Origin: Vulcanimicrobiota bacterium
Lineage (GTDB): Bacteria; Vulcanimicrobiota; Vulcanimicrobiia; Vulcanimicrobiales; Vulcanimicrobiaceae
Direction of reading: 5' to 3'
Assembly: GCA_963795855.1 (NCBI GenBank)
Contig: CAWCIZ010000001.1
Span: 160,001-224,000, forward strand
Length of the DNA stretch: 64,000 nt
The position numbers were made by a program, and so were the translations under genes. Below the pieces are notes generated by a model. That model saw only the letters and a program-made list of their open reading frames with translations, made no database searches and was not told where the DNA came from. How positions within the stretch are numbered: the first letter of the stretch is position 1; each line of letters begins with the position of its first letter. Shown here piece by piece: positions 10,464-18,594 of the stretch.

Positions 10464-11060
10464 ATGACGGGCGTGACGCTGCAGAACGTGCTCGAGTTTC
10501 TGTTTCCGCCTCAATGCGGCGGGTGCGAAGCGCCCGGAAGGGGGATTTGCGCGCGTTGCTTGCCGCCCGACGCTGCTGCAACGGTTCGCTTGCCCACCCT
10601 CCGCGTTTTGAGCCTCGCACCATATGAAGGCAATCTGCGCCACGCCGTCCTTGCACTGAAAAACGGACGCCGCGACGTGGCTCGCGGATTTGCAACGCGC
10701 CTCTCCGAAATCGTCGAAGCGGGAAGTACGCTCGTACCGGTCCCGACCACGCCTGCGCGGCGCCGCGAACGCGGCTTCGACGGCTGCGAGCTGATCGCGC
10801 GAAGGGTCTGCGCGGAAAGCGGCGTCCGCGTCTGCGCGGGACTCGTGCAAATTGCAGGCGACCGGCAACGCGGCCGGAATCGCGAAGCGCGCCTTTCCGC
10901 GCGCGGACGTTTCGCGTGGCGAGGCGAGCCAATGCACGGCGTCGGGGCCGTTCTGCTGGATGACGTCGTGACGACCGGGGCGACGCTGGAGGATTGCGCG
11001 CACGTGCTCCGGTCGCACGGAGCGATCGTGGAAAGAGCGATTGTGATTGCGAGGGCGTAA
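10464..11060 (+). CDS. ComF family protein
   Basis: FPPQCGGC..ICARC zinc finger, VPVP, RRERGF, LLDDVVTTGATL PRTase motif. Confidence 0.88.
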   Translation: MTGVTLQNVLEFLFPPQCGGCEAPGRGICARCLPPDAAATVRLPTLRVLSLAPYEGNLRHAVLALKNGRRDVARGFATRLSEIVEAGSTLVPVPTTPARRRERGFDGCELIARRVCAESGVRVCAGLVQIAGDRQRGRNREARLSARGRFAWRGEPMHGVGAVLLDDVVTTGATLEDCAHVLRSHGAIVERAIVIARA

Positions 11061-11072
11061 TACGCCCTTTGA

Positions 11073-12164
11073 GTGGACGCACTAGACCGGCTTTTCTTGG
11101 AGCGCGCGAACGAACTCGCGCGCCGCGGCATCGGAAACACCTCTCCGAATCCTGCGGTGGGCGCCGTCGCGGTACGCGACGGTTCGATCGTAGGCGAGGG
11201 CTATCATCACCGCGCCGGCGAACCGCATGCGGAAGCGAACGCCCTGCGAGCCGCCGGAGAATCCTCGCGCGGCGCAACGCTGTACGTGTCATTAGAACCG
11301 TGCAATCACGCCGGCCGTACGCCGCCGTGCTCGCGCGCCGTCGTCGATGCGCACATCGCGCGTGTCGTGATCGGCGTCGCGGATCCGAATCCGCGAACTG
11401 CAGGCGGCGGCATCGCACATTTACGCGCGCACGGCATCGACGTCGAAATCGCGAACGACGCGGAATCGATCGCGATTGTCGAACCGTTTGCGCGCGCGAT
11501 TCGGGCGGATCGCCCATTCGTGACGCTGAAAATGGCGATGTCGCTCGACGGCTACGTCGCGTCGGGGCGAGGCGTGCAGCAGTGGCTGACCGGCCCGCAG
11601 GCGCGTGAATTCGTGCGCGAGCTTCGCATCGCGCATGACGCGGTTGCAGTGGGCGCCGGAACCGTGCGCGTGGACAACCCGCGCCTGACGGTCCGGCCCG
11701 AACATCACCGTCTTGTGCCGTACCGGCGTGTCGTCATGTGCGAAACGGATGCGGTCGAAAGCAAAAGCCTCGTCTTTTCGCCGCGTGAAGGTTACGCGCG
11801 CACCATCGTCGCGGCGCCGGCCGGCGCGCGCGAACGGTTTACGTCGCTCGAGCGTGTTGCCGACGTGCTCTACGTCGGGCCGGATGCTTCGCGCGACCTG
11901 GACGTCGCGCTGGCGCTGCGCGAATTGCGCGGCCTCGGCATCGCGTCACTTCTATGCGAGGGCGGCCCGACGCTTGCGGCGCGCCTGTTCGAAGCGGGAC
12001 TCGTCGATCGCTTTTACGGGCTGATTGCGCCGCGGTTCTTGCGTGCGCCCCAGGCCGTACCGGTGCTTGCGCGTGGCACACTGCCGCAGGTGCGGGGCCT
12101 TCGGTTCGACCGCGTCGAACGTGTGGGGCCGGATTTACTTATCGCAGGACTCGTGGATGTTTAG
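11073..12164 (+). CDS. ribD: Riboflavin biosynthesis deaminase/reductase
   Basis: TSPNPAVG, HAE, LEPCNHAGRTPPC, KMAMSLDG, GAGTVRVDNPRL, EGG. Confidence 0.95.
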   Translation: MDALDRLFLERANELARRGIGNTSPNPAVGAVAVRDGSIVGEGYHHRAGEPHAEANALRAAGESSRGATLYVSLEPCNHAGRTPPCSRAVVDAHIARVVIGVADPNPRTAGGGIAHLRAHGIDVEIANDAESIAIVEPFARAIRADRPFVTLKMAMSLDGYVASGRGVQQWLTGPQAREFVRELRIAHDAVAVGAGTVRVDNPRLTVRPEHHRLVPYRRVVMCETDAVESKSLVFSPREGYARTIVAAPAGARERFTSLERVADVLYVGPDASRDLDVALALRELRGLGIASLLCEGGPTLAARLFEAGLVDRFYGLIAPRFLRAPQAVPVLARGTLPQVRGLRFDRVERVGPDLLIAGLVDV

Positions 12165-12771
12165 CGGATTGATTTCATCGGGTGGCACCGTGCTGCAGGC
12201 GCAGCCGGAATCGGGCGGACTGCGGCTGCGCGTGCGCTGTGAGAACGCGTCCGACGAGGAAGTGGAAGCGAAGGACTCAATCGCAATCAATGGCGTCTGT
12301 CTGACCGCTACGCGCGTCGATCACAACGTCATCGACTTTGACGTGATTCCGGAGACGCTCGCGCGTTCGAATCTCGGGTCGCTGGCTGAAGGCGACGTCG
12401 TGAACGTCGAGTATTCGCTCCGCTTGGGCGATCGTATGGGCGGACATTTCGTCTACGGACACGTCGATGCGTCCGCGCAAGTCCTGGCGCGCGAACCCGA
12501 AGGCCAAGGCGAGCGCATGCGCATCGAACTTCCGGCGTCGCTGCAGCGGTACGTCTGTGAAAAGGCGTTCGTGAGCGTCGACGGCGTGAGCGTGACGGTC
12601 GCCGCGGTAGGCGAGGGATGGTTCGAACTCGGACTCATTCCCGAAACGCTGCGGCGCACCACGCTCGGACGCAGAAAACGCGGCGAACGCGTGAATCTCG
12701 AGATCGATCCGCTCGCGCGCTACGCGGCCGGCTACGCTTTGTCCGGCACTGCGGCCAATGGCGACGTTTAA
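12157..12771 (+). CDS. ribE: Riboflavin synthase (alpha subunit)
   Basis: MFSGLI, SIAINGVCLT, GGHFVYGHVD, IPETLRRTTL, VNLEID. Confidence 0.92.
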   Translation: MFSGLISSGGTVLQAQPESGGLRLRVRCENASDEEVEAKDSIAINGVCLTATRVDHNVIDFDVIPETLARSNLGSLAEGDVVNVEYSLRLGDRMGGHFVYGHVDASAQVLAREPEGQGERMRIELPASLQRYVCEKAFVSVDGVSVTVAAVGEGWFELGLIPETLRRTTLGRRKRGERVNLEIDPLARYAAGYALSGTAANGDV

Positions 12772-13213
12772 AGACGACAAGCCCGCAAGCGCTCGAACGT
12801 TCGAGGCGCGCGTCATGGTGCAATGGGCGGACGTCGACATCGCCGGCATCATGTATTTCGCGGCATACCAGCGCGCGGCGGAGCGCGCCGAAATGGAGTT
12901 TTTCTCGGAAATCGGTTTTCCGTACCAGACGGTCTTCCAAGAGCACGACATTTGGCTTCCGCGTGTGCACGTCGAAGCGGACTATCACAAACCGGCGCTC
13001 ATGGGCGACTGGCTCCGTTTGCGCACGCACATCACGCACGTCGGCGCGTCGTCCGTCAAATGGGAGACGGTCGTGTTCAACGAGCGCACCAGCGAGGCCG
13101 GTGCGGTCATGCGGCTCACCGTCGCCTGCATGGATCGCCGAACGCTCAAGAGCCGGCCGCTTCCAGCCGCGATTCGTGCCGCGCTCGTCGCGTGCTTGGG
13201 AGATCCGCAGTGA
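12758..13213 (+). CDS. Acyl-CoA thioesterase (4HBT/YbgC hotdog fold)
   Basis: VQWADVDIAGIMYFAAY, PRVHVEADYHKP. Confidence 0.85.
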   Translation: MATFKDDKPASARTFEARVMVQWADVDIAGIMYFAAYQRAAERAEMEFFSEIGFPYQTVFQEHDIWLPRVHVEADYHKPALMGDWLRLRTHITHVGASSVKWETVVFNERTSEAGAVMRLTVACMDRRTLKSRPLPAAIRAALVACLGDPQ

Positions 13214-14253
13214 TCGTTCAGCGCACGACGATGCGGTCGGCAATTCTCGTCGAGCCGAAAAAGATCGAATTGCGCGGCGTAGCGATGCCGCAGCCGGCGC
13301 GCGGCGCAGTGGTGGTTCGCGTCCGCGCCGCACTCACGGATGGAACCGATCTCAAAGCGTATCGACGCGGACATCCGCAAATGCCCATGCCCACGCCGTT
13401 CGGGCACGAATTTTCCGGTGATGTCACTGCAGTCGGCGAAGGTGTGACGAAGTTTTCGCCCGGCGATGCGATCATGAGCGTTCACTCGGCGCCGTGCACG
13501 GTGTGCTATTGGTGCGAGCGCGGTGAAGAAGAGCTCTGCGAGTCGGTGATGGCCACGAAAATCTTGGGCGCGTACGCGGAATACATCGAGATTCCCGGAC
13601 ACATCGTCGAACGGAACTGCTACCGCAAACCGCCGGACCTCTCGTACGCCTGCGCCGCCTTTCTGGAACCGGTTTCATGCGTCGTGCATTCGCTCGATTT
13701 TCTTGCCGCCGCGAAGCGCTCCACGGTCGCCGTCATCGGGGACGGCGGGTTCGGCTTGCTGCATGCGGCGCTGCTCGCGCAGGGCGGTATGCGCGCAATT
13801 CTCGTGGGGCGCCATCAGGAGCGGATGCGCATCGGACGCGCTTTCGGCGTTCGGGAAACCATCGACGCGCGCAGCGAAGACGTCGCCCAACGCGTGCGTG
13901 AACTTACCGAAGGCCGCGGCGCGGATGCGCTCGTCGAGTGTACCGGCAAAGAAGAAATCTGGGAGGCAGCGCCGATGATGGTGCGGCGCGGCGGCACGGT
14001 TTCATTCTTCGGCGGCTTACCGTCGAGTGCGCGCGTGTCGTTCTTGGCGGGACGTCTCCATTACGATGAAGTGCGGCTCGTCAGCCCGTTTCATTTCACG
14101 CCGCGCGCGGTGAAGCGCGCATACGATCTGCTCGCGTCGCGCGAGCTGGATCCGGCGCCGCTGATCAGCGGCAGCGTGTCGTTAGAGAGCATCGGCGAGG
14201 TTTTCGCGCGCCTGGACGCGGGGGAAGGCATAAAATTCGCGATTCAGCCGTGA
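13210..14253 (+). CDS. Zinc-dependent medium-chain dehydrogenase
   Basis: GHEFSG, CxxCxxCx7C (PCTVCYWCERGEEELC), GDGGFG. The first catalytic-Zn Cys position reads D (TDGTD). Confidence 0.85.
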   Translation: MIVQRTTMRSAILVEPKKIELRGVAMPQPARGAVVVRVRAALTDGTDLKAYRRGHPQMPMPTPFGHEFSGDVTAVGEGVTKFSPGDAIMSVHSAPCTVCYWCERGEEELCESVMATKILGAYAEYIEIPGHIVERNCYRKPPDLSYACAAFLEPVSCVVHSLDFLAAAKRSTVAVIGDGGFGLLHAALLAQGGMRAILVGRHQERMRIGRAFGVRETIDARSEDVAQRVRELTEGRGADALVECTGKEEIWEAAPMMVRRGGTVSFFGGLPSSARVSFLAGRLHYDEVRLVSPFHFTPRAVKRAYDLLASRELDPAPLISGSVSLESIGEVFARLDAGEGIKFAIQP

Positions 14254-15257
14254 ACTCGAAGATGCGTGCCGCCGTTCTCTACGACGTCGACGATATTCGC
14301 ATCGAACAACGGGACGTTCCGCAGATCGGTGCCGGAGAATTGCTCGTGCAAACGCGCGCGAGCGGCATCTGCACCGGAGACGTGATGGGGTGGTACGTGC
14401 GGCGCAAGGCGCCGCTCGTGCTCGGACACGAACCCGCGGGCGTCGTCGCTGCAGTCGGCGAAGGCGTGCGAGGCTTTGCGCCGGGCGACCGCGTCTTCGT
14501 TCACCACCATGCGCCCTGTTTTGAGTGCGCCGCATGCGAGCGCGGCGATTACGTGCAATGCGCTACGTGGCGCCGAACGGCGATTCATCCCGGCGGCCTG
14601 GCCGAGTTCTTTCGCGTGCCGCGCGAGAACGTGCGCGATACGCTGCAGCTTCCGCAGAACGTGTCGTTCGTCGATGCGTCACTCGTCGAGCCGCTGGCAT
14701 GCGTCGTGAAATCGATAAAGCGCAGCGGGCTGCGCAGCGGCGAAACGATCTACGTCATCGGCCTGGGCGTCATGGGTCTCATGCACGCGCTTCTCGGGCA
14801 AGCACGCGGTGCGAATGTTGTCGGATCTGATTTTCTGGAGGAGCGCCGCGAGCATGCCGCCGCACTCGGCGTCCGCGCACTTCATCCGCGCGAGGGCTTT
14901 TCGGGTGCAAACGTGGTGATTTGCGGTCCCGGTTCGCCGGAAGCGCTGCGCGATGCGTTCGCCGCGGTCGCAGCCGGCGGAACGGTCGTCATGTTCACGC
15001 CGCTCGAACCGGGTGTGCCGTTCACCTTCGACGCGAATGACTTGTATTTTCGCGACGTAACGCTCGTGGCGAGTTATTCGTGCGGCCCGCGCGATACGCG
15101 CGAGGCGCTCGACTTCATCGCGCGCGGCGTCGTTACCGCGGAGCGGCTGGGCGCGACGCTCTTCCCGCTGGAAGAAGCGGCCGCCGCGTATGACGCGCTC
15201 CGCGGTTCGCGAATTCTCAAACCGATTGTGACGTTCGAACCGTCGCTGTTTCCCTAA
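14250..15257 (+). CDS. Zinc-dependent alcohol dehydrogenase
   Basis: GICTGD, GHEPAG, PCFECAACERGDYVQC, GLGVMG. Confidence 0.88.
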   Translation: MNSKMRAAVLYDVDDIRIEQRDVPQIGAGELLVQTRASGICTGDVMGWYVRRKAPLVLGHEPAGVVAAVGEGVRGFAPGDRVFVHHHAPCFECAACERGDYVQCATWRRTAIHPGGLAEFFRVPRENVRDTLQLPQNVSFVDASLVEPLACVVKSIKRSGLRSGETIYVIGLGVMGLMHALLGQARGANVVGSDFLEERREHAAALGVRALHPREGFSGANVVICGPGSPEALRDAFAAVAAGGTVVMFTPLEPGVPFTFDANDLYFRDVTLVASYSCGPRDTREALDFIARGVVTAERLGATLFPLEEAAAAYDALRGSRILKPIVTFEPSLFP

Positions 15258-15898
15258 ACGGTGGGATAGCCCGGGCCGCCCGAAACGCGGTTCAGCGTTG
15301 CTTCCGATCCAATGGTTCCCGTCGTTGTCGTCTGCGTTTCGCCGCCGCGCCACGCTGCGCGCGCTTCGGCCTGCGATTGCTGAGCAACGGAGAGATCCAC
15401 CGGCATACCGATGTCGTTCAAATCCTGTACGACAACCGACGGAAGCAGGTCGCCGATTTCAACGATCGCCTGCGTGTAGTCTTCCAGATGACGGCGTGCG
15501 AGCGACGCGACGTCGGTGCTGCCGAACGCGTTGGCCGTCGTCAGCAGCATCGTGTAGCCCGCGGTACACAGCGCCAAAGCCGTGTACGAGTCGCGCAAGC
15601 CTTTCGCGACTTTCGTTTTTCGCATCTTGTCGATCGCGCTCGCCACCCACCCTTCGACGTTGGTGAACGCCGACTTCACCGGATGCGCCGGATGTCCGCC
15701 CAGCGAATCGAGCGCAGCGCGCAGCGTCTGTATGTGACTCTGCGAGAGCGACGAGATGCGCTGAGCGACTGCCGCGGCTTGCGGCATGTTGCGGAAATCG
15801 TCGTCGTTGCTTTGTGTCGTGAACGGTACGTTGACATGCTCTTCGAGGGCAAGCATGTCGCTTACGTACGTCGCTAAACTATGTTGTACGTCTGCCAT
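15254..15898 (-). CDS. Ferritin-like (DUF892/YciF-like) stress protein
   Basis: YVSDMLALEEH...H...LRDSYTAL...GYTMLLTTA four-helix pattern; ATG at 15898. Confidence 0.6.
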   Translation of the reverse strand: MADVQHSLATYVSDMLALEEHVNVPFTTQSNDDDFRNMPQAAAVAQRISSLSQSHIQTLRAALDSLGGHPAHPVKSAFTNVEGWVASAIDKMRKTKVAKGLRDSYTALALCTAGYTMLLTTANAFGSTDVASLARRHLEDYTQAIVEIGDLLPSVVVQDLNDIGMPVDLSVAQQSQAEARAAWRGGETQTTTTGTIGSEATLNRVSGGPGYPTV

Positions 15899-16329
15899 GA
15901 TGGAGGCGGTGTACCCCTCGTTCCGCGTGTTCAAGTGCGGGGCGCTCCCTCGTGTGCTGCACGGCCCGGAGGCACAGGCGCTCCGTGCCATACGTCGGTC
16001 ACCGCATGAGGTGGTACTGAACCTATGGAGGTAGCATGACCCTCCTCATCATTGGTCCGGTGCTGTACTTCGGAGGAAGGTGGCTTGTTGAAATACCCGA
16101 TCCCTATGCCCCATCTGTGCCGAACTTGTGCGAGCAAATTATGGGATGATGGGTGCCCCCATTGCGCAGGCCGATAGGCCATTCCTCAGGGAGCAACCCG
16201 CGGCTTTGCCTACAACGCGCGAATGCGAGCGCTCTTTTTGCAATTTGAAGCCCGTTGGCGTTACCAACAAAAGCCCTAAGATCATTGAGATTCCCGTTTC
16301 TTTAGTTTGCTGCTCAACCAAGTTGGTTT

Positions 16330-17397
16330 TCAGTGCCGATTGTAACGCGCCTGATCGACGACTTCCTCAATTGCGGAGATAACGGCTGTCGGATGATCTA
16401 GCAAAATTGCGTGATGCGAGGCGGCAACAACAAAGTGAGCACCGACGGACGAGAGTCGTGCCAAGTGGTCTTCAGCCTTATCCTTCGCAAGCCACTCCGC
16501 TCGTTGCGCCGCCACGGATATTGGCCCCGGCGAGTAGTCGATGTCTCCCTCCTCCGAATCGGTGAGTACGATGAGAGGAAGCTTCCCGTAGGGGCGTGCC
16601 GCGCCGCGCACTTCGGAATGGCTCTTGTCTTCCGACTTCAGTTCGAGCATTTCGTCTTTCCAAAACGAAGGTTGGGCCAAGTGCTTTGCGCGCACTTCTG
16701 CAATCGCGCATTCCCTATCGGAGGGGTTTGGACACCCTTTTACGTGTAGATACGCGGCTGCGCCAGGAAAGAACGCACATGTTCCGCGTCCCACATTCTT
16801 TGCGCAATCAGCGAACTGGCCGTACCACTCTTGTTCTTGGTTGTCGTACCACGCAAGCGGCTTGTGCATAGCGGACGTGACGATCTTCGCGTAGTCGGTT
16901 AACGTAGCGAACTCGGTGTCCGGGTCAACCTCTACGAGACCGACAACCTCGCCCGGATAGGTGTACTGAAAGAGACGCGTGTACGGGCCCCCGCTCGACC
17001 ACCCGACGAGCACGTAGGGCGCGGTGATTCCCGCTTTCTGCAGAAGTGCGTGCAAATCGCTGACGATCGCGGCCGCATCCCGCGCATCATTTGCCGGATC
17101 GCTGAAACCTAAACCGGCTCTATCGTATGAGCAGACTCTCGTGTTTTGTGAAACGGCGGGTTGCACCAATCGCCACGCTGTCGAATCAGCCAGGAGCCCC
17201 GCCTCAAGAATCACCGTCGGTGAACCTTTACCAGTGCAAACGACGTTTAGCCGTCGTCCGCCGATATCAACAAGGTGAGCAGGATGCACGTACAAACTGA
17301 CATCATACGGTTGCGGTTTGATAGGCTTCGCCGCAACTTGTGTAAGAATCATCGTGCCAATAAGGGCAGCACGAAATAAGCATGTAAATGCTTTCAC
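16330..17397 (-). CDS. Secreted alpha/beta hydrolase
   Basis: Signal peptide, VDIGGRRL, PTVILEAG, RVCSYDRAGLGFSD, nucleophile elbow GWSSGG, C-terminal His (SHHAI). Confidence 0.85.
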   Translation of the reverse strand: MKAFTCLFRAALIGTMILTQVAAKPIKPQPYDVSLYVHPAHLVDIGGRRLNVVCTGKGSPTVILEAGLLADSTAWRLVQPAVSQNTRVCSYDRAGLGFSDPANDARDAAAIVSDLHALLQKAGITAPYVLVGWSSGGPYTRLFQYTYPGEVVGLVEVDPDTEFATLTDYAKIVTSAMHKPLAWYDNQEQEWYGQFADCAKNVGRGTCAFFPGAAAYLHVKGCPNPSDRECAIAEVRAKHLAQPSFWKDEMLELKSEDKSHSEVRGAARPYGKLPLIVLTDSEEGDIDYSPGPISVAAQRAEWLAKDKAEDHLARLSSVGAHFVVAASHHAILLDHPTAVISAIEEVVDQARYNRH

Positions 17398-17423
17398 GAA
17401 TTTCCTTCCTGGGTTAAACCCAG

Positions 17424-17984
17424 TTAGTTTACGCTATTTAACGTGCGCCTGATGGATTGGTACAGACCGGCGCCAAGGCACATTGCGGGAATAGCTCCGA
17501 AAAGACCAATCCAAGCTACAAGCGGCGCTTGAGATCCTGGGTGCCCTGCGAGCGCTGGAAGGATGAAGCACAAGACGAGAAATAGTGACGCGAAAAATGC
17601 AACCCGCAGGCCATCGGTCCCCACGAGTCGCCCAAGGACCGCACCGAAAAGCGCTGCATTGACGTAGTCCATCGAAATTGTTACCGCAAGTGGCAGAAAG
17701 CTCTCTGCAATGAATACATGCACGAGGAGCATCGCAGCAAGCACGGCGAGCGTGATGAGGGCGATCCTGACCTGTCCGAGTGCGGATGTATGTGATCGAG
17801 AATACGAGAGCAGCGAGGGTATTGAAAGCAGTGCCTGCGACCAATACCAGCGCGTTGCGTCCTTCGCCCCGCGTGAATGAAGAATGCGCAGATATTCCTC
17901 CTGCAAATCGCCAGCAACGATCTCATAATCTCCTGAAGGGGCAGCTGCGGCGACGAGCGCTTGAGCGAGGGCAGGCGGCCTCAC
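17424..17984 (-). CDS. Membrane protein of the PadR-associated type
   Basis: PP..A..L...GDLQEEY...RWYWSQ N-terminus followed by about four hydrophobic segments; overlaps the PadR stop. Confidence 0.65.
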   Translation of the reverse strand: MRPPALAQALVAAAAPSGDYEIVAGDLQEEYLRILHSRGAKDATRWYWSQALLSIPSLLSYSRSHTSALGQVRIALITLAVLAAMLLVHVFIAESFLPLAVTISMDYVNAALFGAVLGRLVGTDGLRVAFFASLFLVLCFILPALAGHPGSQAPLVAWIGLFGAIPAMCLGAGLYQSIRRTLNSVN

Positions 17985-18313
17985 GCGATCACGTTCCGTA
18001 GTGATACGCCTGCGTGAAGTCGTTCGAGGGTCTTTTGCGCGTTCTTGAGTGCCGCAACGCCATCTGCCTCAACTTTGAAATGCCGTTTTGCCTTGCCGCC
18101 GCGCTCGGCGGTCGGTTCGCCGGTCCACGACGACACGAGTCCTTTTCGTTCGAGACGGTCCAGGGTCGCGTGGACGGTACCAATTGCGGGAGAGCGACCT
18201 GTTACGCGCTCGATTTCAGCGCGAATCATTGCCCCGTACGCGCCCTCGCCGAGACGGAGGATTGTGAGCAGGACAATATGCTCGAACTCCCCGAGGTACT
18301 CGCCTTTCGCCAT
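17981..18313 (-). CDS. PadR family transcriptional regulator
   Basis: LGEFEHIVLL, AYG..I, GTVHATLDRLERKGLV, PTAERGGKAKR. Confidence 0.9.
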   Translation of the reverse strand: MAKGEYLGEFEHIVLLTILRLGEGAYGAMIRAEIERVTGRSPAIGTVHATLDRLERKGLVSSWTGEPTAERGGKAKRHFKVEADGVAALKNAQKTLERLHAGVSLRNVIA

Positions 18314-18322
18314 AATTTCGAC

Positions 18323-18351
18323 ATAATAGACAATATGGCGTCCATTGTCAA
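18323..18351 (-). promoter_or_regulatory. Sigma70 promoter of padR with an embedded inverted repeat
   Basis: Minus strand TTGACA-N17-TATTAT, 9 nt before the ATG; GACAAT(18329-34)-N9-ATTGTC(18344-49) overlaps it. Confidence 0.75.
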
Positions 18352-18558
18352 TGCGCGCCCGATCCCCACGCTTCTCGGTCGACCCAATGTCAACCAACGA
18401 GGCGGGACGACGGGCGAGTTTACGAGGAAATTCGCAAATTCATGCGGGCCTGCAGAAAGTTTGATTCGCGTTGGCGTCCCGGGCGCACGACGGTTCTGCC
18501 CCAAAAAGTGGTCCTTATGCCTTCTTAGGCGACCCCGCAGCCCCAGCCCGCTTGGCGG

Positions 18559-18588
18559 CTTGACAACTGTCAAGTCCGGCGATACGGT
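18559..18588 (+). promoter_or_regulatory. Sigma70 promoter of HTH-ribBA with a palindromic operator over the -35 box
   Basis: TTGACA(18560-65)-N17-TACGGT(18583-88)-6 nt-GTG(18595); CTTGACA-AC-TGTCAAG at 18559-18574. Confidence 0.75.
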
Positions 18589-18594
18589 CGGTCT

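Noticed and set aside
9109..11517. Long antisense or alternative-frame ORFs (also 3060..4769, 42799..44466, 50102..51784, 18226..19626)
   Set aside because: Arg/Ala-rich shadow ORFs of GC-rich genes, with no motifs, fully overlapping well-supported genes.
15931..16329. Short ORFs or ncRNA downstream of the hydrolase
   Set aside because: No recognisable motif, RBS or convincing structure; may be a remnant but cannot be supported.
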